Part shown: positions 25,048 to 37,605 of the stretch, piece after piece | Layout of the letters: each line of letters starts with the position of its first letter | Numbering within the stretch: the stretch's first letter is position 1 | Assembly (NCBI GenBank): GCA_000934665.2 | Contig: JYFJ02002011.1 | Span: 1 to 64,000, forward strand | Length of the DNA stretch: 64,000 bases | Source: Catajapyx aquilonaris | Lineage: Eukaryota | Direction: 5' to 3' | Made by a program: the position numbers and the translations under genes | The notes under the pieces: generated by a model | The model's input: the letters and a program-made list of their open reading frames with translations, nothing else | The model's database searches: none | Told to the model about the DNA's origin: nothing

Positions 25048-26730
25048 TTATTTTAAATTATCATAATCTTAATTTGAAATTTTTGACATGGGATTTTTCA
25101 GGAATTATCACAAAAACTACCTTATTTTCATGGTTCAAGTATGTGCTTATATTAGCTCGTATGTAGATTCATCGATCACACCAATTTCCTGATCATTTGG
25201 GGGGATAGAACGTCCTCTTATCAGATACACATGGGTTATTGCAATGCACCATCATGTTGATTGTAGAGGAACCGGACGACTGATAAAACTTCAAGATGCA
25301 GTTCCTTTTCCTGCATGAGCTTGGAATTTTCAGTTGTATCGACACACACTGCAATCCTGTACACAAAATTGTGGCATGTACTGCATGTATCACTTCAAGG
25401 TGTGCCAAACTTTAAATTGTAATTCTGCATGAAAATCTTTCAGTAAACTTTGTAAGTCACCTGAATTTCTGGCTTACTATCATTCAGTAACAATTTGGGT
25501 GCATGAGGCTGACAGCAAGCCTTTAAGGAAGGTAATATTATACATACGTGAATTTTTCTTGCGCGAGTAGTGAGACTGTCTAGCCTTGAACGACTTAACA
25601 TGTTTCATGATGGACATCAACGAAATGAGCAGGGGTTGTCCTGGGGTGGTGCTTAGATCATTTGGGGACATACCGTGCTTTACCAGTTGCTCCACACTAA
25701 TCTAAACTATTACTACTTAAATTTGGATGGCAGGTTATTGGTACAGTCAACTGCATAAATGCTCAATATCTTGCCTCCCATTTGGTCCCTTGCGTACCTG
25801 GATCTGTTTGAGAAGTGGCCCCAGATACTTATGGTATCATGATGTAAAAATTTACTTCGAAGGTCAGAACTGTGATTGGTGTAACGTATCTCTTGAATTT
25901 GATCTAAGTTATTCCACCTATTGTATGTATGTCCGTATTTCTGTATACCAGGCGCTTAATTTTTGCAGTGTCTCTCCCATGTGCCTCTGGACAAAATAGC
26001 ATTTGCCTTTTTCAATCCATCCAAACAATTCATTTTTAATCTGCATAATTTCTTTTTGAACGTAATTAAGAGAAGGAGACTGATAATTCTGTAAGATGGT
26101 AGTGGTGTCCCCCAAAGAGGGTTTTCCTAGAATGGGGTATGGAAAATAAATGGAAAAAAAAACATTGTTATTTATGAGCGAGCTTTTAATTTAAGACTAA
26201 ACTAGTTTGAAATTAAAACCTCACTCATGAAGTTGTAAACAATTTACCTAAAATTATGTAGGTCATAATGATGCAATAATAATTTCAGCGCCAGAAATCT
26301 CGCCACCTGGGCACGAGGCTAGCATCAGTCACCAGCTCCGCCTTTAGTTTACTCAGTTCTTGGTCAGCTAACCGTAAGTTTATGAATAAAATTATTCGGA
26401 ATCAAAATTGGCCGTCAAATAGCTGTTACCATGCATGGTTTCTGGGTGACTTGGGGTGACCAGATCGGGTCAGGGTTCAAGGCCTGCGTCTGTACCTCTG
26501 CCTGGACTTTAGCATTTCTAAACTTAAATCATTAAGATATGGCTACAAGTTTTCGAGTTATAGGATTTAAAAATTGGGACATTCTTTTTCGATATTTTTT
26601 GACTTTTTTCAAACTTTAACGCACATTGTGATGCACCTACTACTTTTTTGTGAATAAAAAAGAATATATCTTTACCAAGACGGTTGTTTAACCCTAATTT
26701 CAAGACTGTATGACCACAAATTCCTTAGAG

Positions 26731-27616
26731 CAGGGCTTCCCAAACTTTTTTCGCCGCGTACCCCTTTTCAAATTTGCCAAGACAGTTTGTACCCCCATTC
26801 TCATCCTACCATATTATAATACGTAGTAATATTGTGAGCCCTAATTACCAGTTAGTGTGATGGGTCTGCTTGCTTGCTTCCTTGCGCACAAGTGGTCAAT
26901 GTTTGGGACAAGTGACGTCAATTTGAGTCTCAAGTAGGTTTTTCCCCCCGCAGTCAGTCGATTCCGGTATTTTGATTTGATGAAAAGCAGCTTCACGTAA
27001 ATAGGTTGCGGTAAAATAATGGAATGAAGTGTTTCAAAGCACAGCCTGGGGCCATGCCAGGATAATCGTCAATGCCTTCCGCCCAAAAGGTGACGAGGGT
27101 TTTTATGTCCAAATTCCTGTTTTAAATATGTTTTAATCTTCTCCTTGGTCCTGTACTGGCATGTTTGGAATTGGCAATAAAAAATATCAAACTGGTTCCT
27201 TATCCAATTCATTGACGTGTCCAAACGGGAAAATAATATTATTCCTATACTGCTGCACCAGTTGGAGCACTAATCACTAATATCTGGGAAGAAGTGCGCA
27301 GTTGTTTTCCACAGTTAGGGAGACTCTGTATCTAATATAATTTGCAGTTCCACGGTCCTGCATATTGACCCCATATGGAAGTAATAATATTTAGGCTGCT
27401 CATTTGAAGTCCCAGCCCCCACCAAACCAACCCTCCCATCTCTCCTCCCGATATTTCCACATGTTTTCCACTTTATATCGGATCCATATCCTTATAGATG
27501 ATCCCAGGTTTTTTTTCCCATTTATTCCCCACAAATGTGGACAGCACACGCCATTGCACGAAATCTTTCGCGTACCCCCAAAATTGTGTTCGCGTACCCC
27601 AGTTTGAAAACCGCTG
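26731..27616. mobile_element. hAT (Charlie-like) non-autonomous element
   Basis: cagggcttcccaaact...agtttgaaaaccgctg; perfect 8-bp TSD ccttagag. Confidence 0.85.
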
Positions 27617-28313
27617 CCTTAGAGAGATCATGTCATTATGCGACAGGCGTCAAAATGTCGCAAAAACTAAAAAATTTGAACTGTAGAAAATCTAGAGCTT
27701 ACAGTTTCAGAAAAACTAAAATCAGATTTGAATTCAGCACACTGAAATTAGGTAAGAACAAGTGCTGATATCAATGCAACCAAAAATTTGTTCCCCAGTG
27801 TTATTAGTAACAATTTCTATCAATTTAAATATTAATATCGACATTATTTTGTCTCAGTAACTTACTTTTATCATTTTATCTTTACTAATAAACTGTGACA
27901 GCATCAGTCTGTTTTAATTAAGCTATAGAAATATGACATGATCCCACTTTTGATTTTTCAACTACTGTATTATAATATTCTCTCTTTAATATTACACCCC
28001 TATATGGAATACCTTTTTTCCACAACCACCTCCACATCACTGAAAGTAGAAAATGTTACACTCACATGCATTTGAAATTGCCCTGGTTTCGACATCCACT
28101 GCAGATGCCATGGTCTGTGATGAATTTGTCATAAACATGCTGACTGGTACTTCAAAAATTCTAGTAGGCCTCATCTCTCTTGGCATCCCTGTGAAAATAT
28201 ATCTTAGAGTTAATATGGAAATGCCAACAATGCAGTCTTGGTTAAAGATAAAAATGAAAATTAAGAGATTAGATGGATGATTCAATTCGGCCTGATATTA
28301 ACAGCTAATAATT

Positions 28314-29636
28314 GAGGCGTCGGCTGGAAAAACCCCGTATGTCCAAAATCTTCATTTTCGGCATAAAATTACAGCTGGATAGTGCAGCCATCTAGCCACA
28401 GGAACATTTGATTGTCAACCGGAAAAACCCCACACAAAGCCCACAAATAAATGCTGAAAATATCGGTTTCCATAAAAACCCCTTATGTCCAAACTCCTAC
28501 CCCGTAAGAAACCCACTTGTCCTGGACTAGTGGGGTTTTTACAGGAAATATCTTGGTCAACTCTGCAGGGAGTATCGGCAACTATTTTCCGTTGTGGCTG
28601 TTTTCAGACGGGTGCCCCAGTACAAAACAAACACTACCTCATGATGTACTATATCGCTCAAAAACATGGAGAAGATTTTGCATTTGATTCAAGTGCTTTC
28701 TGCACATGAATCAAATGCAAAATTGTTTCTATGTTTTTGAGCGATATAGTACTTCTGTTACGTTCTCGTACGTGTACTACACATTGTTGACACCGTGACA
28801 CACGTGTTTCCAGTGCATGGACATTCATATTTGCCATGCGACAGTGACTTTCGCCACATTTCAAGACAATTTCCTTCCTGTGCACAGGAAGGAAATTGTC
28901 GAACTGCCAGAGGAGTCGGATGCCATAATTGCCGGAGCGAGAAACAAACTGTCACCATTCATTGTCACCAAGCTGGTGAATGTGGAATGGACAAAAGCAT
29001 CGAGAAGCATTTCCTCATAAGGCCCTTCCCTGCAATACAACTGAAACCGGCAAGGGCAAGACCTGTAAGATGCCTAAGCAACTCAAGCTTATTCCCTACC
29101 AAGCGAAGGAATGTCTCATCGAACCAGCAAAACTCAGGGATGTTGTTCAGCTTGCAAACCTTTTGCAGAATCAATAAGATAACAAGGTATTCTACATGTC
29201 TTTGGACAAGCAGGACTCTCCCGGTTCCATGGAAGTGAATGATGACGACATCGAGCTGGATGATGATGATGATAACAGCAGTGGTATAGATGAATAATGT
29301 TTCTGGGTGAAGAATATGAAGACAGTAGGCCTATGGTGTTGCAAAGTGCGTAAAGTATTGATCCTTGATAATCAGTACAGTGTACTGTCATGACTTGAAT
29401 AAGCCGTTTTTCCTGATAAACTTATGTATTTTGGTCACTTTCCATTTTTTAATATTTAAATAAAGCTGCTTTTTTTACCCATGAAAACATCTCATGATTA
29501 ATAAATGAGTATTGCACACTTCTGGAAGACAATATTTTCTCAATGTTAATGGCACAACAAGGTGTGCAGTTTTCGTGTTTTTCTCAAAACTATAGTACCT
29601 GGATGTGACATCTGGGGTTTTTCCCGCCGACGCCTC
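28314..29636 (+). mobile_element. Sola-superfamily element with decayed transposase
   Basis: GAG...CTC termini (gaggcgtcggc/gccgacgcctc); AATT TSD; motifs QNKH and THVFPVHGHSYLPCDSDF. Confidence 0.8.
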
Positions 29637-29712
29637 AATTGATATCCACTAAAAGTTACTATGCAATAGTGATTGATTAATAATAAGCAGCATATTAAAA
29701 ATTTCCATAATA

Positions 29713-30405
29713 CAGGGCTATTCATAAGTCTTGACCCTATTTTAAAAATTCACCAAAAATACACTACACAACAGATAGTTGTAATTAATATACCAAAGGA
29801 GCGAGAAAGGATCCGAGTTTTTTTTACACACATTACAAACGAACGGCACACATCTAGCCGATACTCCATTCCGCCCCATGTGATATGCTTGCTCGCGTAT
29901 GGGGCGAAATGGAGTAAATTTTTGTTAGGTCAATCATTGAGAGTTTGTGACAGCCATGGTGATGCGGTGGCGAAGTTCCTGGACATTGGCAGTGAGTGGA
30001 GGCACAAAGACAGTGTCGTTCACAAATCCCAGTAAGAAAAAGTAGCGAGTTAAATCGGGTGACCAGGGTGGCCACCGCATTAACACCTCATCATCGGGAC
30101 TTGTGCGTCCAATCCAACGTCGTGGTAGGTTTTGGTTGAAGTACCATTGCACCTGGGTATGGAAATGAGGTGGAGCACCATCTTGTTGAAAGAGGTAATC
30201 CTCCATGTTCATTTATAATGTATAATTTATCATTTTCTAACTACTGCCTCCTAGCGGCACAGCAAGGCTACAACGCGAGAGGGGTTTGCTGTAAAAAAAA
30301 CTCGGATCCTTTCTCGCTCTTTTGGTATATTAATTACAACTATCTGTTGTGTAGTGTATTTTTGGCGAATTTTTAAAATAGGGTCAAGACTTATGAATAG
30401 CCCTG
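29713..30405 (-). mobile_element. Tc1/mariner-superfamily deletion derivative
   Basis: About 115-bp TIRs cagggctattcataagtc...; TA TSD; FQQDGAPPH...RWIGR...WPPWSPDLT. Confidence 0.92.
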
Positions 30406-30433
30406 TATTGGTTGAGTACAGTATTTTCGTTCA

Positions 30434-30677
30434 GGGCGACACGGTGGCCGAGTGGTTAGCGCCGCAGCCTTCCACCTCTAAGGTCCCGAGTTCGATCGAA
30501 AGTTCGATCGTATGCGGATCGAGTTTCGATGGATTCTCTCCGTGTTCGCGTGGGTTTTCTCGGGGTTCTCCCGTTTCCTCCCACTATCAAAATCCATCAC
30601 ATTACAGGCAAATGATTAAAGTCGGTTATTCAAAAGATGATCCCATAAGAGGCCCAAGGGGCCTATCACGGGGTATC

Positions 30678-30737
<60 letters not shown>
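30434..30737 (+). mobile_element. tRNA-derived SINE with V-SINE-like core and (TAT)n tail
   Basis: A/B boxes; core ttctctccgtgttcgcgtgggttttctcggggttctcccgtttcctcccac; 17-bp TSD tacagtattttcgttca. Confidence 0.85.
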
Positions 30738-30740
<3 letters not shown>

Positions 30741-31122
30741 AGTATTTTCGTTCACCCTGTAACCCCCTGTAATCCCCGTTCACTGTGTGTTAGTTTCCTA
30801 GTAGTGGGTGCAGAGATGTATGCACTATTATTAGAAGCTGAAAACCTCCAAGAGAAATTTTCGCAAAGAAATTCCTCCCTGCCGACACTTTGGAACAAGT
30901 CAAATGGGATCTGACCTAAAAAACAATGAATGGCATTAGGCTTACCAGGTTTTAATGACATCTGTAACCTTACATGTAGTTGCTGGTATCACCTACATAA
31001 TCACCGGATAAAAGTACAAAGAAAAACATGTCTCACGACCATTCCTACTAGGCAGACAAAGTGGTGTCAGTTACACCCAACAATTGTTCATCTGAGAAAC
31101 ATGCTGGGTTTGACGTCCAAAG

Positions 31123-32573
31123 CAAGGGGGTAGTCACTACCTGAAAAAGTGCACAATGGAGCACCAAATATTAGGAGCACCAGAGAGCACCAGGAGCGCC
31201 AAGGAGCGCCAGGGAGCACCAGTACTCTTCGTTATTAAATACTGTACAAGTACCGGTACAGACTTTATTGAACTTACAAGGGAACGGTCAGGGTCGACCA
31301 CCTCCGATTTGGTTGAAACTGGCTTGAGGGGTCGTTCATGTGCGATAGACACAGTGGTGAATGTGTTAGCTCGCACTATCCAGCCGTTTCCGAGATATGA
31401 GCGACAGTAACATCCGAATTTTGGCCACGCGCATTTGCCGGGAGCCGCTCTGCCAGCTCCAAATCCCTTCTACCTTGATTCCCCCCCACTTTTTTAGATC
31501 CCACACCACCATCCCCCACTCCCCCACCAACATTTTCGTTTTCCATAGTTTCTTTGCTCCGGTATTTATTGTGAGACCATCAAGCTGGTTTCTTTCGCTT
31601 CTGTCAACTGCGAATAAAGAGCTTCTATACCTTGGGTAATGGGGAAAACTCATAATAAATACCGGAGCAAAGAAACTATGAAAAACGAAAATGTTGGTGG
31701 GGGAGTGGGGGATGGTGGTGTGGGATCGGAAAAAGTGGGGGGAATCAAGGTAGAAGGGATTTGGAGCTGGCAGAGCGGCTCCCGGCAAATGCGCGTGGCC
31801 AAAATTCGGATGTTACTGTCACTCATATCTCGGAAGCGGCTGGACAGTGCGAGCTAACACTTTCACCACTGTTTCTATCGCACATGAATGACCCCTCAAG
31901 CCAGTTTCAACCAAATCGGAGGTGGTCGACCCTGACCGTTCCCTTGTTAGTTCTGAATGTGAGTTTGGACATGTTGTTTTTGTAATCGATGCATTTTGCA
32001 TTCAAAAGGACCACCACGAGTTAAAATGATAAACATTGGAACGTGTTGGCGTATTGGAACATATTGTTTTTCATTAATATCACCCGATATCCCCGATATC
32101 CTCGCCTGATATCACCCTTCGCGGACCCTTCGTCACTTGCTCGGTCACTTGCTTGTCACTTCGACTAGGCGAGCGACTAGGCCTACAAATGTTAGCGAAT
32201 TTTGGTCAAAAAAAGAAAACAACTGCCCAAAAAACCCCGCCATCAAAGGGTTAAAACCGGTTAAAACAGGTTAAAAAGAGCGGGCAACATTATTGAGAGA
32301 TGGCCGGAGCCGGGCCGGATGGGGCCGGAGGGGCCGGAGATGGCTTAGTTAAAAAAATATTTATATTAATTTAAGCGTGCAAAACACATGCCAACACATA
32401 TTTCCGCATATTTCTCGATGTGTACCCAAGTGTGTACCTGCAGGTACACACTTGGGCGAGCACTTGGGCGTACTTGCGCGTACTTGGGTCTACGTCGGTC
32501 TACACTGAGTCTACGCCTGGTCTCCTGCACCAACGAAAATGTCCACCGGAGAACCGAAGTGACTACCCCCTTG
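31123..32573. mobile_element. P-element-like non-autonomous element with mosaic short repeats
   Basis: Perfect 16-bp TIR caagggggtagtcact; perfect 8-bp TSD gtccaaag. Confidence 0.88.
31270..31953. mobile_element. Foldback element (about 300-bp arms) nested in the P-like element
   Basis: 31270-31570 is the near-exact reverse complement of 31652-31953; no TSD identified. Confidence 0.85.
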
Positions 32574-32732
32574 GTCCAAAGAAAACTTTTCATAGCACAA
32601 TTTAAAAATTAAATTGGTGGGGAAGATTATAAAACTGTGGACCCGAACAAAATATTGCCGTATGCATTGCTCAGTGTACCATACTTGAGATGCAAAATGG
32701 CGTTTCTAAAACATAAGCACATTTCAAATTAA

Positions 32733-33119
32733 GGGCGGGATAAAAATCCCGGCGCTTATGGAGGTTGACATGTTAAATGCCAGGGGTAATAACTCCGTAA
32801 TTACTGAACAGAATATGAAATTTTTTACACAACACGACACAACAACCCTTGTCACGGCTATGTTGAGCAAAATCTGTTTTAGGAATTCAGTTAATTATGA
32901 AAACCACGAAACTGAGAGGGATTTGAAGGCCTGTGAGGAAATAATGTCCTGTGAAGAATAAGGACCGAATGAGCAAAATAGCTCAACATAGCTGTGACAA
33001 GGGTTGTTGTGTCGTGTTGTGTAAAAAATTTCATGTCATTCTGTTCAGTAATTACGAAGTTATTAGCCCCGACATTTAACATGTCAACCTCCATAAGCGC
33101 TGGGATCTTTGTCCCACCC
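32733..33119. mobile_element. Kolobok-like MITE
   Basis: About 135-bp TIRs starting gggcggga; TTAA TSD. Confidence 0.82.
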
Positions 33120-33387
33120 TTAAAGGACAGCAACTGGGTTGACTGGGTTCAATCAATGTTGACATGTCTAATTAATAATTGTAGTAATCAAAGGACCACG
33201 AGCACTAGCAAAAATGTAATCAACTACAATGGAACACAAGATATTAAAAATAAATAAAATGACAGGAGTGGAGGGATGACCATCAAAACGTCCAAGGTAC
33301 AACAATCATACGCAGAGATTGACTTTCTTCCTTATTGGTACGAAATGACTGTACTGAAACATGAGACTATTTCTAACAAAACTGACA

Positions 33388-33746
33388 CTTTATTTATTTA
33401 TTTATTTTATTTTACCCCATTAGAGGGGGCTGGGCCCTTTTAGGGGATGGATTACCACCATTTGAATTTTCTTATAATTTTTCTGTTTTTCTTCAAACTC
33501 CAGTGCAGGGAGATCAAGGACAATGGGCAAGGATAGGGATTGTTGGGGAGGGAAAGTAGGTGAAAGTGCAATACCGATAAATGGGTCATGTGCTGTTCCC
33601 TAGGAGGTTAGGTTGCCAGACACCTCCAAGGCGTGGGTCAGAGACCCTCCCGACGCAGGTGAAAGGGAACTTCCTGGCGGGGATCGAACCTGGGACCTTT
33701 CACTCAGCAAGCTGAGACGTTACCATCTTGGCTACCACACCTCCCC
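33388..33746 (-). mobile_element. tRNA-derived SINE, family B (minus copy)
   Basis: Head ggggaggtgtggtagccaagatggtaacg...ggttcgatcccc; A-rich (AAAT)n-type tail. Confidence 0.85.
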
Positions 33747-33884
33747 TAACATCCATGTATGCATATTTGGCACAATCTTTTTGAAGTTGTTTCACTTTAC
33801 ATGATTAAGCTTGATTTACATGAGACCTGTTCTTTTGGTACACTTTAAATCCCTTGAAACCTGCAGCCAATTTCCTACCTCAAC

Positions 33885-34244
33885 GGGGAGGTGCGGTGGC
33901 CGAGATGGTAACGTCTTGGCTTGCTCAGCGAAAGGTAGGCCTACCGGGTTCGATCCCCGCCCGGAAGCTCCCTTTCGCCGGCGTCAGGAGGGTCTCTGAC
34001 CCGCACCTTGGAGGCGTCTGGCAACCTAACCTCCTTGGGGACTGCACACGGCCCAGTTTGAGATATTGCTCTTGCACACCATGTTCCCTCCCCAAAAATC
34101 CCCTTTCCCCTCCCCATGTCTCTTTCTCCCAAGCACGGTGTTTGAAGATAACTCAGAAAATACTGTTGGAAAAATGGTGGTGTTCCACCCCCTAAAGGAG
34201 GGAAGTTTCTTCCAATGGGGTTAGTCAAATAAATAAATAAATAA
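33885..34244 (+). mobile_element. tRNA-derived SINE, family B (plus copy)
   Basis: Same head; (AAAT)n tail; 16-bp TSD aatttc(c/t)tacctcaac. Confidence 0.88.
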
Positions 34245-34250
34245 AATTTC

Positions 34251-37098
34251 TTACCTCAACCTAAGCCTTGGCCTAAGTGCTTTCAGATCTCTATAGACAC
34301 CACCTAGTCCATGATAAATTACCCCAATCAGTGACTTAAGATGTGGCAAGCTTCTAACAACAACCTTCATCCCATCCAGCGTGATGCCATCACACCTCTC
34401 CAGCACCAGATGGGCCAGACGCACACAGGTGACACCAATTATGGACAAGCAAGAGTTTTCAACGGACGGGTTACTGGACAGGTCCAGAAACATTAGGTTT
34501 CTGAATTCATGTGGTCGATTCATGAATTTACACATAGCTGCTGGGGTGATATATGCAGCATTTCGCAGGGACAACTTGTGGAGATTCTTAAGCGATGACA
34601 GCTCATTTAAGAGGCAAGAGTCTGTCATGCTGGTATTCTTCATGAGGTGAAGTTGCTGCAAGTTCGAACACTGACTAATCCGTATGTACGACCTTGGGAC
34701 CAGAAGTTTCATTGCAGTCAACTTAACCAGCTGTGAACCAACAATTGGTGTCAATACTTTCACTTCTGCATCAGCTGAAGGAAGGTCTGTGTCGATGTCA
34801 ACTTCCTCCAATCTACCCCAATTTCGTGGAGTCAATGGGTCGATGGGTCTCATTCCTTTGATTCCATTAAGTGAAATGGACTGCAGCTTTGGGCACGACG
34901 AGAATATATCCAGCAGGTGTCGACCACCTCTTTCCATGTGACAATTTGTAAGGTAAACCTACAGGAGAGAGTAATTGATTTAGTAACGCCCCACAATACT
35001 GTGCATGTATTAGTACAGGGTGGAAGGAAAGTTTCGGCCTCCCCAGATTTGGGATTTTAATGTGTCCTTGGAGGAGTCATTCTGAATGTGGAAATGTGTC
35101 AAGTTGATTAATTTACCAGGGTAGGACTGTTTACAATCGCAATTAAAAAATTATTTTAAAGTAAAAAATGGAGAGTACCAATCAAAAAGCTTAATACTAG
35201 AAAGAGTGCAAAAAACGGTTTCCAAGCGTCGCCACTTTTTGGCCAGTTGTTTAGTCAACGTGTTTGGCTGTCGGCCCACTACGCGGCACCGTCGAGTGCT
35301 GGCGAGAGGAATTTCAATAAACTGTGTTGCAGGTACTGTATGTAATTTTTAGATTCCATTTTGTACAGTTTTGTTACACTATATCAGAAATGACAGAAGT
35401 TTCTATTATTTTGTTGTTGGAATTACTCCATTTTACCTAAGTAATTTTTATAAACACTGTACTGGATACTCCTAAGTTTACAAATATTCCTTGTGGTAGA
35501 GACACACAATAGTCAATAACATTCAAAAATCATCAGTGACATAGCAAAAGAGGCGGATGGCGGTAGAAGACAGCCAGCTCCGATCGGAACCCATGCATTC
35601 CGCACAACGAAAGTTGGCCTCTGAGGTTTTTGGAAATGTCAGAATTGAGTTCCTCGACCCTGAAACTTAGGAAATGACCCTGAAACGACTACCGCCCCCC
35701 ATCAGATACGCCGCTAACACGCGATTTTCACTTACGCCCTTTTTACAACTTTGCGTGGCTGTACAAAAATTACCCAAATTTTTGCTAGTTGGTCTAACCG
35801 TGGAAAAACTCCATAAGGTGCCCAGAAGGTGGTAAAAAATCTATTTAGGCTCGAAGTGCATAATTCCGCCAAAAAAATTATGTCGGACTAGAAGGACAGG
35901 CAAGTGGCGGGGTGAGGCGCATCAAGGAAGTGGGTCCAACCCGGTCGTTTGCACTCCGGTGGCACTGAGCAACAGTGATGTGTGAGTACTGGGCACATCC
36001 CCCTCCCCCAGCATCCACCGCGCACTGGCACGTAACTCGAGTAATCCGTCTCAAATCGCAGGCACAAGACCCGTTTCCTCATGCACAGCGCCTGTTTTCA
36101 TAATGAGCGGGAGATTTTGTCATCTGGGTGACGTCACATACTGCTGCGCGATAATTGGCCAAGCCCCTTATGGCTCTACCCTTCCTTCTATTTACCCTGA
36201 GCAGCGTGTTGTGGATTCCGGAACACCACCAAATAAACATATCCGTAACCTGGCAGCGCCCAGGATTACCAACACATAAACACAAAAACACAAAAACAGT
36301 CGCGACCTTACTTTTGCAGTTAATAGTACATTAGAACTGCTTGTGGACTTTTAAAAGATGTGAAAATACGCTGTGAAATGTAGGGTTTAAAAACCTGGGG
36401 GGGGGGTTCCAAACCTTTCCGTCCACCTTGTATAAACCAATGCACACTTCTAAATTCTAGTACTATGTTCTAAAAATACTTTGATTGACTTGGAGTTTGT
36501 GTAATGAAATTTTGTACAAGAAATCACAAGCAAAAACATATACGTCAAATCATGCTTTCGTTTGGAATGGCCATTCTATCCCGCTCATATCAGACCAAAA
36601 CTGCACCCGAAAAATTAAAAGCATACCTGCTTGAGATTCACACATCTTTCCGCAATTCGATTGAGAGGATCCTCGCGAAATGTAACGCCCTCCAAATGTA
36701 ATGTTTCCAGCTGCGGACTCAAAGCATCAAGGACTTGATCCATGTCACACGTATAAATCGACAGGGCTCTCAGCTTCTTCAACTGCGTCATTCCCTCAAT
36801 CACTAGGATGACATGATCTGGATACCTGAAGTTTCCCGCCAATGTAAGCTCATGCCAGAGACTCGAGTCCATGGTAAGCTCCTTCCAATACTTGCACACC
36901 AAGCCGACCCTCCTGACCAGGTCACCCTTCGACAGGTATCCGAAAATCTTCAGCAGCAACTCCTTCGGAAGGATATTCCCCTAGAAATGCATAATTATCA
37001 TATAATTATTTCCCGACACAACCAGCTGTAATTGTTATTACCTCACGCTCATTGATTGATAGTTTTCGCTTCTTCGCATCCGGTGGTCCAGATTCCAT
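34251..37098 (-). CDS. F-box/leucine-rich-repeat protein, 372 aa (exons 37098-37042, 36980-36627, 34958-34251; probable 5'UTR exon ending 37232)
   Basis: MESGPPDAKKRKL (NLS-like); F-box LPKELLLKIFGYL...LVCKYWKELTMDSSLW; cysteine-containing LRRs (CVRLAHLVLERCDGITLDG); both introns phase 0, GT-AG. Confidence 0.9.
35016..36430. mobile_element. Tc1/mariner-type non-autonomous element in the F-box intron
   Basis: cagggtggaaggaaag...ctttccgtccaccttg; TA flanks. Confidence 0.7.
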
Positions 37099-37605
37099 CG
37101 CTGCGACTGGCTGCGACGCTGCCTCTCAAGAGTGAATTCAATGAAGCAGACCGCCTGGAAATAACGAACAGGCTATTAATTGCGTTATTGTGCGTAATTG
37201 GTTCCACACAAATTTGCCTGTAGTCTTTTACCTGATTTTCTCAGAACTTATGAAAAAAAATTCTGGAGACTTTTCCACACAGCAACACCAGCAACAGATG
37301 CATGACAGATGGTCGTAACAGGAAGGAACACTGGAAACTAGCCTACTTCCTCTCCAGCCACGCTTATTAAAACGACAGATTTAACACATGACCTGTTCAA
37401 GTTTAAACTGAATCATTGTGAAGAAAAAAAAATCAGTTAGAGTTGGACTGTTTTTAAATTGAGTTTTAAGTATATTGGGCTGGTGTTGCGTGTTGCTATC
37501 TGCCAGGTTTCGCAGTCTAATGTAAATCGCTTGGCACAAAAATCCGTCACGCCGACAGATGGCTCTGTACACAGCCGCGGGGAGGGGGAGCTGTGAATAC
37601 AGTAC

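Noticed and set aside
31137..34255. Splice from the F-box donor to 31140, giving the same C-terminus (AG|G TAG)
   Set aside because: The acceptor lies in a transposon end, so the match is probably coincidental; not supported without RNA data.
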